Source: Auanema rhodensis (taxonomy: Eukaryota; Animalia; Nematoda). Taken from it: 64,000 nucleotides of DNA. Positions 41,401 through 56,200 of this stretch are shown here, piece after piece. The stretch is taken from positions 7,502,001 to 7,566,000 of the forward strand of contig OZ059900.1 of the NCBI GenBank assembly GCA_964057225.1, in the 5' to 3' direction. Position 1 is the first letter of the stretch, and each line of letters starts with the position of its first letter. The notes beneath the pieces are model-generated. The model made no database searches and had not been told where the DNA came from. It saw only the letters and a program-made list of their open reading frames with translations. A program made the position numbers and the translations under genes.

Positions 41401-44400
41401 AAACTTCGACTATTTCTACATATATATGTCCAATTTTAACCACTTTGGTCAAAAAGGACCGAAAATATCAAGAATTATTGGTTTTTTGGGGTTTGAAGGG
41501 CATTTTGGCAAAATCAGTCAAACTTTTGATCTTAAGCATATTTTTTTCTTCTAAAACGACTAAATGTATGAAATACTGTCAAAGAATGTTCATATAGGTG
41601 TATTTTGCACGAATATCAAAACTGATTGAAATATGGGCCTTTTTATGCTCAAAACGCCATATATTCAACGATTTTGGGTACAAAACATGTGAAAACTGTA
41701 TGTGTTGATCAGACCCTTTGAGATATGGATTTGAAATTCAGGATTCATAAACTTCGACTATTTCTACATATATATGTCCAATTTTAACCACTTTGGTCAA
41801 AAAGGACCGAAAATATCAAGAATTATTGGTTTTTTGGGGTTTGAAGGGCATTTTGGCAAAATCAGTCAAACTTTTGATCTTAAGCATATTTTTTTCTTCT
41901 AAAACGACTAAATGTATGAAATACTGTCAAAGAATGTTCATATAGGTGTATTTTGCACGAATATCAAAACTGATTGAAATATGGGCCTTTTTATGCTCAA
42001 AACGCCATATATTCAACGATTTTGGGTACAAAACATGTGAAAACTGTATGTTTTGATCAGACCCTTTGAGATATGGATTTAAAATTAGGGATTCATAAAC
42101 TTCGACTATTTCTACATATATATGTCCAATTTTAACCACTTTGGTCAAAAAGGACCGAAAATATCAAGAATTATTGGTTTTTTGGGGTTTGAAGGGCATT
42201 TTGGCAAAATCAGTCAAACTTTTGATCTTAAGCATATTTTTTTTTTCTAAAACGACTAAATGTATGAAATACTATCAAAGAATGTTCATATAGGTGTATT
42301 TTGCACGAATATCAAAACTGATTGAAATATGGGCCTTTTTATGCTCAAAACGCCATATATTCAGCGATTTTGGGTACAAAACATGTGAAAACTGTATGTT
42401 TTGATCAGACCCTTTGAGATATGGATTTGAAATTCAGGATTCATAAACTTCGACTATTTCTACATATATATGTCCAATTTTAACCACTTTGGTCAAAAAG
42501 GACCGAAAATATCAAGAATTATTGGTTTTTTGGGGTTTGAAGGGCATTTTGGCAAAATCAGTCAAACTTTTGATCTTAAGCATATTTTTTTCTTCTAAAA
42601 CGACTAAATGTATGAAATACTGTCAAAGAATGTTCATATAGGTGTATTTTGCACGAATATCAAAACTGATTGAAATATGGGCCTTTTTATGCTCAAAACG
42701 CCATATATTCAACGATTTTGGGTACAAAACATGTGAAAACTGTATGTTTTGATCAGACCCTTTGAGATATGGATTTAAAATTCAGGATTCATAAAATTCG
42801 ACTATTTTTACATATATATGTCCAATTTTAACCACTTTGGTCAAAAAGGACCGAAAATATCAAGAATTATTGGTTTTTTGGGGTTTGAAGGGCATTTTGG
42901 CAAAATCAGTCAAACTTTTGATCTTAAGCATATTTTTTTCTTCTAAAACGACTAAATTTATGAAATACTATCAAAGAATGTTCATATAGGTGTATTTTGC
43001 ATGAATATCAAAACTGATTGAAATATGGGCCTTTTTATGCTCAAAACGCCATATATTCAGCGATTTTGGGTACAAAACATGTGAAAACTGTATGTTTTGA
43101 TCAGACCCTTTGAGATATGGATTTGAAATTCAGGATTCATAAACTTCGACTATTTCTACATATATATGTCCAATTTTAACCACTTTGGTCAAAAAGGACC
43201 GAAAATATCAAGAATTATTGGTTTTTTGGGGTTTGAAGGGCATTTTGGCAAAATCAGTCAAACTTTTGATCTTAAGCATATTTTTTTCTTCTAAAACGAC
43301 TAAATGTAAGAAATACTGTCAAAGAATGTTCATATAGGTGTATTTTGCACGAATATCAAAACTGATTGAAATATGGGCCTTTTTATGCTCAAAACGCCAT
43401 ATATTCAACGATTTTGGGTACAAAACATGTGAAAACTGTATGTTTTGATCAGACCCTTTGAGATATGGATTTAAAATTCAGGATTCATAAAATTCGACTA
43501 TTTTTACATATATATGTCCAATTTTAACCACTTTGGTCAAAAAGGACCGAAAATATCAAGAATTATTGGTTTTTTGGGGTTTGAAGGGCATTTTGGCAAA
43601 ATCAGTCAAACTTTTGATCTTAAGCATATTTTTTTCTTCTAAAACGACTAAATGTATGAAATACTGTCATAGAATGTTCATATAGGTGTATTTTGCACGA
43701 ATATCAAAACTGATTGAAATATGGGCCTTTTTATGCTCAAAACGCCATATATTCAACGATTTTGGGTACAAAACATGTGAAAACTGTATGTTTTGATCAG
43801 ACCCTTTGAGATATGGATTTGAAATTCAGGATTCATAAACTTCGACTATTTTTACATATATATGTCCAATTTTAACCACTTTGGTCAAAAAGGACCGAAA
43901 ATATCAAGAATTATTGGTTTTTTGGGGTTTGAAGGGCATTTTGGCAAAATCAGTCAAACTTTTGATCTTAAGCATATTTTTTTCTTCTAAAACGACTAAA
44001 TGTATGAAATACTGTCATAGAATGTTCATATAGGTGTATTTTGCACGAATATCAAAACTGATTGAAATATGGGCCTTTTTATGCTCAAAACGCCATATAT
44101 TCAACGATTTTGCGTACAAAACATGTGAAAACTGTATGTTTTGATCAGACCCTTTGAGATATGGATTTGAAATTAGGGATTCATAAACTTCGACTATTTC
44201 TACATATATATGTCCAATTTTAACCACTTTGGTCAAAAAGGACCGAAAATATCAAGAATTATTGGTTTTTTGGGGTTTGAAGGGCATTTTGGCAAAATCA
44301 GTCAAACTTTTGATCTTAAGCATATTTTTTTTTTCTAAAACGACTAAATGTATGAAATACTATCAAAGAATGTTCATATAGGTGTATTTTGCACGAATAT

Positions 44401-47400
44401 CAAAACTGATTGAAATATGGGCCTTTTTATGCTCAAAACGCCATATATTCAGCGATTTTGGGTACAAAACATGTGAAAACTGTATGTTTTGATCAGACCC
44501 TTTGAGATATGGATTTGAAATTCAGGATTCATAAACTTCGACTATTTCTACATATATATGTCCAATTTTAACCACTTTGGTCAAAAAGGACCGAAAATAT
44601 CAAGAATTATTGGTTTTTTGGGGTTTGAAGGGCATTTTGGCAAAATCAGTCAAACTTTTGATCTTAAGCATATTTTTTTCTTCTAAAACGACTAAATGTA
44701 TGAAATACTGTCAAAGAATGTTCATATAGGTGTATTTTGCACGAATATCAAAACTGATTGAAATATGGGCCTTTTTATGCTCAAAACGCCATATATTCAA
44801 CGATTTTGGGTACAAAACATGTGAAAACTGTATGTTTTGATCAGACCCTTTGAGATATGGATTTAAAATTAGGGATTCATAAACTTCGACTATTTCTACA
44901 TATATATGTCCAATTTTAACCACTTTGGTCAAAAAGGACCGAAAATATCAAGAATTATTGGTTTTTTGGGGTTTGAAGGGCATTTTGGCAAAATCAGTCA
45001 AACTTTTGATCTTAAGCATATTTTTTTTTTCTAAAACGACTAAATGTATGAAATACTATCAAAGAATGTTCATATAGGTGTATTTTGCACGAATATCAAA
45101 ACTGATTGAAATATGGGCCTTTTTATGCTCAAAACGCCATATATTCAGCGATTTTGGGTACAAAACATGTGAAAACTGTATGTTTTGATCAGACCCTTTG
45201 AGATATGGATTTGAAATTCAGGATTCATAAACTTCGACTATTTCTACATATATATGTCCAATTTTAACCACTTTGGTCAAAAAGGACCGAAAATATCAAG
45301 AATTATTGGTTTTTTGGGGTTTGAAGGGCATTTTGGCAAAATCAGTCAAACTTTTGATCTTAAGCATATTTTTTTCTTCTAAAACGACTAAATGTATGAA
45401 ATACTGTCAAAGAATGTTCATATAGGTGTATTTTGCACGAATATCAAAACTGATTGAAATATGGGCCTTTTTATGCTCAAAACGCCATATATTCAACGAT
45501 TTTGGGTACAAAACATGTGAAAACTGTATGTTTTGATCAGACCCTTTGAGATATGGATTTAAAATTCAGGATTCATAAAATTCGACTATTTTTACATATA
45601 TATGTCCAATTTTAACCACTTTGGTCAAAAAGGACCGAAAATATCAAGAATTATTGGTTTTTTGGGGTTTGAAGGGCATTTTGGCAAAATCAGTCAAACT
45701 TTTGATCTTAAGCATATTTTTTTCTTCTAAAACGACTAAATTTATGAAATACTATCAAAGAATGTTCATATAGGTGTATTTTGCATGAATATCAAAACTG
45801 ATTGAAATATGGGCCTTTTTATGCTCAAAACGCCATATATTCAGCGATTTTGGGTACAAAACATGTGAAAACTGTATGTTTTGATCAGACCCTTTGAGAT
45901 ATGGATTTGAAATTCAGGATTCATAAACTTCGACTATTTCTACATATATATGTCCAATTTTAACCACTTTGGTCAAAAAGGACCGAAAATATCAAGAATT
46001 ATTGGTTTTTTGGGGTTTGAAGGGCATTTTGGCAAAATCAGTCAAACTTTTGATCTTAAGCATATTTTTTTCTTCTAAAACGACTAAATGTAAGAAATAC
46101 TGTCAAAGAATGTTCATATAGGTGTATTTTGCACGAATATCAAAACTGATTGAAATATGGGCCTTTTTATGCTCAAAACGCCATATATTCAACGATTTTG
46201 GGTACAAAACATGTGAAAACTGTATGTTTTGATCAGACCCTTTGAGATATGGATTTAAAATTCAGGATTCATAAAATTCGACTATTTTTACATATATATG
46301 TCCAATTTTAACCACTTTGGTCAAAAAGGACCGAAAATATCAAGAATTATTGGTTTTTTGGGGTTTGAAGGGCATTTTGGCAAAATCAGTCAAACTTTTG
46401 ATCTTAAGCATATTTTTTTCTTCTAAAACGACTAAATGTATGAAATACTGTCATAGAATGTTCATATAGGTGTATTTTGCACGAATATCAAAACTGATTG
46501 AAATATGGGCCTTTTTATGCTCAAAACGCCATATATTCAACGATTTTGGGTACAAAACATGTGAAAACTGTATGTTTTGATCAGACCCTTTGAGATATGG
46601 ATTTGAAATTCAGGATTCATAAACTTCGACTATTTTTACATATATATGTCCAATTTTAACCACTTTGGTCAAAAAGGACCGAAAATATCAAGAATTATTG
46701 GTTTTTTGGGGTTTGAAGGGCATTTTGGCAAAATCAGTCAAACTTTTGATCTTAAGCATATTTTTTTCTTCTAAAACGACTAAATGTATGAAATACTGTC
46801 ATAGAATGTTCATATAGGTGTATTTTGCACGAATATCAAAACTGATTGAAATATGGGCCTTTTTATGCTCAAAACGCCATATATTCAACGATTTTGCGTA
46901 CAAAACATGTGAAAACTGTATGTTTTGATCAGACCCTTTGAGATATGGATTTGAAATTAGGGATTCATAAACTTCGACTATTTCTACATATATATGTCCA
47001 ATTTTAACCACTTTGGTCAAAAAGGACCGAAAATATCAAGAATTATTGGTTTTTTGGGGTTTGAAGGGCATTTTGGCAAAATCAGTCAAACTTTTGATCT
47101 TAAGCATATTTTTTTTTTCTAAAACGACTAAATGTATGAAATACTATCAAAGAATGTTCATATAGGTGTATTTTGCACGAATATCAAAACTGATTGAAAT
47201 ATGGGCCTTTTTATGCTCAAAACGCCATATATTCAGCGATTTTGGGTACAAAACATGTGAAAACTGTATGTTTTGATCAGACCCTTTGAGATATGGATTT
47301 GAAATTCAGGATTCATAAACTTCGACTATTTCTACATATATATGTCCAATTTTAACCACTTTGGTCAAAAAGGACCGAAAATATCAAGAATTATTGGTTT

Positions 47401-50400
47401 TTTGGGGTTTGAAGGGCATTTTGGCAAAATCAGTCAAACTTTTGATCTTAAGCATATTTTTTTCTTCTAAAACGACTAAATGTATGAAATACTGTCAAAG
47501 AATGTTCATATAGGTGTATTTTGCACGAATATCAAAACTGATTGAAATATGGGCCTTTTTATGCTCAAAACGCCATATATTCAACGATTTTGGGTACAAA
47601 ACATGTGAAAACTGTATGTGTTGATCAGACCCTTTGAGATATGGATTTGAAATTCAGGATTCATAAACTTCGACTATTTCTACATATATATGTCCAATTT
47701 TAACCACTTTGGTCAAAAAGGACCGAAAATATCAAGAATTATTGGTTTTTTGGGGTTTGAAGGGCATTTTGGCAAAATCAGTCAAACTTTTGATCTTAAG
47801 CATATTTTTTTCTTCTAAAACGACTAAATGTATGAAATACTGTCAAAGAATGTTCATATAGGTGTATTTTGCACGAATATCAAAACTGATTGAAATATGG
47901 GCCTTTTTATGCTCAAAACGCCATATATTCAACGATTTTGGGTACAAAACATGTGAAAACTGTATGTTTTGATCAGACCCTTTGAGATATGGATTTAAAA
48001 TTAGGGACTCATAAACTTCGACTATTTCTACATATATATGTCCAATTTTAACCACTTTGGTCAAAAAGGACCGAAAATATCAAGAATTATTGGTTTTTTG
48101 GGGTTTGAAGGGCATTTTGGCAAAATCAGTCAAACTTTTGATCTTAAGCATATTTTTTTTTTCTAAAACGACTAAATGTATGAAATACTATCAAAGAATG
48201 TTCATATAGGTGTATTTTGCACGAATATCAAAACTGATTGAAATATGGGCCTTTTTATGCTCAAAACGCCATATATTCAGCGATTTTGGGTACAAAACAT
48301 GTGAAAACTGTATGTTTTGATCAGACCCTTTGAGATATGGATTTGAAATTCAGGATTCATAAACTTCGACTATTTCTACATATATATGTCCAATTTTAAC
48401 CACTTTGGTCAAAAAGGACCGAAAATATCAAGAATTATTGGTTTTTTGGGGTTTGAAGGGCATTTTGGCAAAATCAGTCAAACTTTTGATCTTAAGCATA
48501 TTTTTTTCTTCTAAAACGACTAAATGTATGAAATACTGTCAAAGAATGTTCATATAGGTGTATTTTGCACGAATATCAAAACTGATTGAAATATGGGCCT
48601 TTTTATGCTCAAAACGCCATATATTCAACGATTTTGGGTACAAAACATGTGAAAACTGTATGTGTTGATCAGACCCTTTGAGATATGGATTTGAAATTCA
48701 GGATTCATAAACTTCGACTATTTCTACATATATATGTCCAATTTTAACCACTTTGGTCAAAAAGGACCGAAAATATCAAGAATTATTGGTTTTTTGGGGT
48801 TTGAAGGGCATTTTGGCAAAATCAGTCAAACTTTTGATCTTAAGCATATTTTTTTCTTCTAAAACGACTAAATGTATGAAATACTGTCATAGAATGTTCA
48901 TATAGGTGTATTTTGCACGAATATCAAAACTGATTGAAATATGGGCCTTTTTATGCTCAAAACGCCATATATTCAACGATTTTGCGTACAAAACATGTGA
49001 AAACTGTATGTTTTGATCAGACCCTTTGAGATATGGATTTGAAATTAGGGATTCATAAACTTCGACTATTTCTACATATATATGTCCAATTTTAACCACT
49101 TTGGTCAAAAAGGACCGAAAATATCAAGAATTATTGGTTTTTTGGGGTTTGAAGGGCATTTTGGCAAAATCAGTCAAACTTTTGATCTTAAGCATATTTT
49201 TTTTTTCTAAAACGACTAAATGTATGAAATACTATCAAAGAATGTTCATATAGGTGTATTTTGCACGAATATCAAAACTGATTGAAATATGGGCCTTTTT
49301 ATGCTCAAAACGCCATATATTCAGCGATTTTGGGTACAAAACATGTGAAAACTGTATGTTTTGATCAGACCCTTTGAGATATGGATTTGAAATTCAGGAT
49401 TCATAAACTTCGACTATTTCTACATATATATGTCCAATTTTAACCACTTTGGTCAAAAAGGACCGAAAATATCAAGAATTATTGGTTTTTTGGGGTTTGA
49501 AGGGCATTTTGGCAAAATCAGTCAAACTTTTGATCTTAAGCATATTTTTTTCTTCTAAAACGACTAAATGTATGAAATACTGTCAAAGAATGTTCATATA
49601 GGTGTATTTTGCACGAATATCAAAACTGATTGAAATATGGGCCTTTTTATGCTCAAAACGCCATATATTCAACGATTTTGGGTACAAAACATGTGAAAAC
49701 TGTATGTGTTGATCAGACCCTTTGAGATATGGATTTGAAATTCAGGATTCATAAACTTCGACTATTTCTACATATATATGTCCAATTTTAACCACTTTGG
49801 TCAAAAAGGACCGAAAATATCAAGAATTATTGGTTTTTTGGGGTTTGAAGGGCATTTTGGCAAAATCAGTCAAACTTTTGATCTTAAGCATATTTTTTTC
49901 TTCTAAAACGACTAAATGTATGAAATACTGTCAAAGAATGTTCATATAGGTGTATTTTGCACGAATATCAAAACTGATTGAAATATGGGCCTTTTTATGC
50001 TCAAAACGCCATATATTCAACGATTTTGGGTACAAAACATGTGAAAACTGTATGTTTTGATCAGACCCTTTGAGATATGGATTTAAAATTAGGGACTCAT
50101 AAACTTCGACTATTTCTACATATATATGTCCAATTTTAACCACTTTGGTCAAAAAGGACCGAAAATATCAAGAATTATTGGTTTTTTGGGGTTTGAAGGG
50201 CATTTTGGCAAAATCAGTCAAACTTTTGATCTTAAGCATATTTTTTTTTTCTAAAACGACTAAATGTATGAAATACTATCAAAGAATGTTCATATAGGTG
50301 TATTTTGCACGAATATCAAAACTGATTGAAATATGGGCCTTTTTATGCTCAAAACGCCATATATTCAGCGATTTTGGGTACAAAACATGTGAAAACTGTA

Positions 50401-53240
50401 TGTTTTGATCAGACCCTTTGAGATATGGATTTGAAATTCAGGATTCATAAACTTCGACTATTTCTACATATATATGTCCAATTTTAACCACTTTGGTCAA
50501 AAAGGACCGAAAATATCAAGAATTATTGGTTTTTTGGGGTTTGAAGGGCATTTTGGCAAAATCAGTCAAACTTTTGATCTTAAGCATATTTTTTTCTTCT
50601 AAAACGACTAAATGTATGAAATACTGTCAAAGAATGTTCATATAGGTGTATTTTGCACGAATATCAAAACTGATTGAAATATGGGCCTTTTTATGCTCAA
50701 AACGCCATATATTCAACGATTTTGGGTACAAAACATGTGAAAACTGTATGTGTTGATCAGACCCTTTGAGATATGGATTTGAAATTCAGGATTCATAAAC
50801 TTCGACTATTTCTACATATATATGTCCAATTTTAACCACTTTGGTCAAAAAGGACCGAAAATATCAAGAATTATTGGTTTTTTGGGGTTTGAAGGGCATT
50901 TTGGCAAAATCAGTCAAACTTTTGATCTTAAGCATATTTTTTTCTTCTAAAACGACTAAATGTATGAAATACTGTCAAAGAATGTTCATATAGGTGTATT
51001 TTGCACGAATATCAAAACTGATTGAAATATGGGCCTTTTTATGCTCAAAACGCCATATATTCAACGATTTTGGGTACAAAACATGTGAAAACTGTATGTT
51101 TTGATCAGACCCTTTGAGATATGGATTTAAAATTCAGGATTCATAAAATTCGACTATTTTTACATATATATGTCCAATTTTAACCACTTTGGTCAAAAAG
51201 GACCGAAAATATCAAGAATTATTGGTTTTTTGGGGTTTGAAGGGCATTTTGGCAAAATCAGTCAAACTTTTGATCTTAAGCATATTTTTTACTTCTAAAA
51301 CGACGAAATGTATGAAATACTGTCATAGAATGTTCATATAGGTGTATTTTGCACGAATATCAAAACTGATTGAAATATGGGCCTTTTTATGCTCAAAACG
51401 CCATATATTCAACGATTTTGCGTACAAAACATGTGAAAACTGTATGTTTTGATCAGACCCTTTGAGATATGGATTTGAAATTAGGGATTCATAAACTTCG
51501 ACTATTTCTACATATATATGTCCAATTTTAACCACTTTGGTCAAAAAGGACCGAAAATATCAAGAATTATTGGTTTTTTGGGGTTTGAAGGGCATTTTGG
51601 CAAAATCAGTCAAACTTTTGATCTTAAGCATATTTTTTTTTTCTAAAACGACTAAATGTATGAAATACTATCAAAGAATGTTCATATAGGTGTATTTTGC
51701 ACGAATATCAAAACTGATTGAAATATGGGCCTTTTTATGCTCAAAACGCCATATATTCAGCGATTTTGGGTACAAAACATGTGAAAACTGTATGTTTTGA
51801 TCAGACCCTTTGAGATATGGATTTGAAATTCAGGATTCATAAACTTCGACTATTTCTACATATATATGTCCAATTTTAACCACTTTGGTCAAAAAGGACC
51901 GAAAATATCAAGAATTATTGGTTTTTTGGGGTTTGAAGGGCATTTTGGCAAAATCAGTCAAACTTTTGATCTTAAGCATATTTTTTTCTTCTAAAACGAC
52001 TAAATGTATGAAATACTGTCAAAGAATGTTCATATAGGTGTATTTTGCACGAATATCAAAACTGATTGAAATATGGGCCTTTTTATGCTCAAAACGCCAT
52101 ATATTCAACGATTTTGGGTACAAAACATGTGAAAACTGTATGTGTTGATCAGACCCTTTGAGATATGGATTTGAAATTCAGGATTCATAAACTTCGACTA
52201 TTTCTACATATATATGTCCAATTTTAACCACTTTGGTCAAAAAGGACCGAAAATATCAAGAATTATTGGTTTTTTGGGGTTTGAAGGGCATTTTGGCAAA
52301 ATCAGTCAAACTTTTGATCTTAAGCATATTTTTTTCTTCTAAAACGACTAAATGTATGAAATACTGTCAAAGAATGTTCATATAGGTGTATTTTGCACGA
52401 ATATCAAAACTGATTGAAATATGGGCCTTTTTATGCTCAAAACGCCATATATTCAACGATTTTGGGTACAAAACATGTGAAAACTGTATGTTTTGATCAG
52501 ACCCTTTGAGATATGGATTTAAAATTCAGGATTCATAAAATTCGACTATTTTTACATATATATGTCCAATTTTAACCACTTTGGTCAAAAAGGACCGAAA
52601 ATATCAAGAATTATTGGTTTTTTGGGGTTTGAAGGGCATTTTGGCAAAATCAGTCAAACTTTTGATCTTAAGCATATTTTTTTCTTCTAAAACGACTAAA
52701 TGTATGAAATACTGTCATAGAATGTTCATATAGGTGTATTTTGCACGAATATCAAAACTGATTGAAATATGGGCCTTTTTATGCTCAAAACGCCATATAT
52801 TCAACGATTTTGGGTACAAAACATGTGAAAACTGTATGTTTTGATCAGACCCTTTGAGATATGGATTTGAAATTCAGGATTCATAAACTTCGACTATTTC
52901 TACATATATATGTCCAATTTTAACCACTTTGGTCAAAAAGGACCGAAAATATCAAGAATTATTGGTTTTTTGGGGTTTGAAGGGCATTTTGGCAAAATCA
53001 GTCAAACTTTTGATCTTAAGCATATTTTTTTCTTCTAAAACGACTAAATGTATGAAATACTGTCAAAGAATGTTCATATAGGTGTATTTTGCACGAATAT
53101 CAAAACTGATTGAAATATGGGCCTTTTTATGCTCAAAACGCCATATATTCAACGATTTTGGGTACAAAACATGTGAAAACTGTATGTTTTGATCAGACCC
53201 TTTGAGATATGGATTTGAAATTCAGGATTCATAAACTTTG
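35493..53240 (+). repeat. Subfamily domain B: 51 consecutive TTCG-junction monomers with a trimer-based higher-order structure
   Basis: There is no TTG junction (hence no + strand 63-aa ORF) between 35493 and 53240. The domain carries the AAATTAGGG variant linked to TACTATCAAAG and TTCAGCGA in the following monomer, recurring at spacings of 1044, 2088, 696 and 1392 bp. Confidence 0.88.
36537..39668 (+). repeat. 3-monomer (1044-bp) higher-order repeat, three copies
   Basis: The AAATTAGGG variant is at ~36867, ~37911 and ~38955. Each is followed by a TATCAAAG/CAGCGA monomer and then a monomer ending in TTAAAA...AAATTCG. Confidence 0.85.
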
Positions 53241-56200
53241 ACTATTTTTACATATATATGTTCAATTTTAACCACTTTGGTCAAAAAGGACCGAAAATAT
53301 CAAGAATTATTGGTTTTTTGGGGATTGAAGGGCATTTTGGCAAAATCAGTCAAACTTTTGATCTTAAGCATATTTTTTTCTTCTAAAACGACTAAATGTA
53401 TGAAATACTGTCAAAGAATGTTCATATAGGTGTATTTTGCACGAATATCAAAACTGATTGAAATATGGGCCTTTTTATGCTCAAAACGCCATATATTCAA
53501 CGATTTTGGGTACAAAACATGTGAAAACTGTATGTTTTGATCAGACCCTTTGAGATATGGATTTGAAATTCAGGATTCATAAACTTTGACTCTTTTTACA
53601 TATATATGTCCACTTTTAACCACTTTGGTCAAAAAGGACCGAAAATATCAAGAATTATTGGTTTTTTGGGGTTTGAAGGGCATTTTGGCAAAATCAGTCA
53701 AACTTTTGATCTTAAGCATATTTTTTTCTTCTAAAACGACTAAATGTATGAAATACTGTCAAAGAATGTTCATATAGGTGTATTTTGCACGAATATCAAA
53801 ACTGATTGAAATATGGGCCTTTTTATGCTCAAAACGCCATATATTCAACGATTTTGGGTACAAAACATGTGAAAACTGTATGTTTTGATCAGACCCTTTG
53901 AGATATGGATTTGAAATTCAGGATTCATAAACTTTGACTATTTTTACATATATATGTTCAATTTTAACCACTTTGGTCAAAAAGGACCGAAAATATCAAG
54001 AATTATTGGTTTTTTGGGGATTGAAGGGCATTTTGGCAAAATCAGTCAAACTTTTGATCTTAAGCATATTTTTTTCTTCTAAAACGACTAAATGTATGAA
54101 ATACTGTCATAGAATGTTCATATAGGTGTATTTTGCACGAATATCAAAACTGATTGAAATATGGGCCTTTTTATGCTCAATACGCCATATATTCAACGAT
54201 TTTGGGTACAAAACATGTGAAAACTGTATGTTTTGATCAGACCCTTTGAGATATGGATTTGAAATTCAGGATTCATAAACTTTGACTATTTTTACATATA
54301 TATGTTCAATTTTAACCACTTTGGTCAAAAAGGACCGAAAATATCAAGAATTATTGGTTTTTTGGGGATTGAAGGGCATTTTGGCAAAATCAGTCAAACT
54401 TTTGATCTTAAGCATATTTTTTTCTTCTAAAACGACTAAATGTATGAAATACTGTCATAGAATGTTCATATAGGTGTATTTTGCACGAATATCAAAACTG
54501 ATTGAAATATGGGCCTTTTTATGTTCAAAACGCCATATATTCAACGATTTTGGGTACAAAACATGTGAAAACTGTATGTTTTGATCAGACCCTTTGAGAT
54601 ATGGATTTGAAATTCAGGATTCATAAACTTCGACTATTTCTACATATATATGTCCAATTTTAACCACTTTGGTCAAAAAGGACCGAAAATATCAAGAATT
54701 ATTGGTTTTTTGGGGTTTGAAGGGCATTTTGGCAAAATCAGTCAAACTTTTGATCTTAAGCATATTTTTTTCTTCTAAAACGACTAAATGTATGAAATAC
54801 TGTCAAAGAATGTTCATATAGGTGTATTTTGCACGAATATCAAAACTGATTGAAATATGGGCCTTTTTATGCTCAAAACGCCATATATTCAACGATTTTG
54901 GGTACAAAACATGTGAAAACTGTATGTTTTGATCAGACCCTTTAAGATATGGATTTAAAATTCAGGATTCATAAAATTCGACTATTTTTACATATATATG
55001 TCCAATTTTAACCACTTTGGTCAAAAAGGACCGAAAATATCAAGAATTATTGGTTTTTTGGGGTTTGAAGGGCATTTTGGCAAAATCAGTCAAACTTTTG
55101 ATCTTAAGCATATTTTTTTCTTCTAAAACGACTAAATGTATGAAATACTGTCATAGAATGTTCATATAGGTGTATTTTGCACGAATATCAAAACTGATTG
55201 AAATATGGGCCTTTTTATGCTCAAAACGCCATATATTCAACGATTTTGCGTACAAAACATGTGAAAACTGTATGTTTTGATCAGACCCTTTGAGATATGG
55301 ATTTGAAATTAGGGATTCATAAACTTCGACTATTTCTACATATATATGTCCAATTTTAACCACTTTGGTCAAAAAGGACCGAAAATATCAAGAATTATTG
55401 GTTTTTTGGGGTTTGAAGGGCATTTTGGCAAAATCAGTCAAACTTTTGATCTTAAGCATATTTTTTTCTTCTAAAACGACTAAATGTATGAAATACTATC
55501 AAAGAATGTTCATATAGGTGTATTTTGCACGAATATCAAAACTGATTGAAATATGGGCCTTTTTATGCTCAAAACGCCATATATTCAGCGATTTTGGGTA
55601 CAAAACATGTGAAAACTGTATGTTTTGATCAGACCCTTTGAGATATGGATTTGAAATTCAGGATTCATAAACTTCGACTATTTCTACATATATATGTCCA
55701 ATTTTAACCACTTTGGTCAAAAAGGACCGAAAATATCAAGAATTATTGGTTTTTTGGGGTTTGAAGGGCATTTTGGCAAAATCAGTCAAACTTTTGATCT
55801 TAAGCATATTTTTTTCTTCTAAAACGACTAAATGTATGAAATACTGTCAAAGAATGTTCATATAGGTGTATTTTGCACGAATATCAAAACTGATTGAAAT
55901 ATGGGCCTTTTTATGCTCAAAACGCCATATATTCAACGATTTTGGGTACAAAACATGTGAAAACTGTATGTTTTGATCAGACCCTTTGAGATATGGATTT
56001 GAAATTCAGGATTCATAAACTTTGACTATTTTTACATATATATGTTCAATTTTAACCACTTTGGTCAAAAAGGACCGAAAATATCAAGAATTATTGGTTT
56101 TTTGGGGATTGAAGGGCATTTTGGCAAAATCAGTCAAACTTTTGATCTTAAGCATATTTTTTTCTTCTAAAACGACTAAATGTATGAAATACTGTCATAG

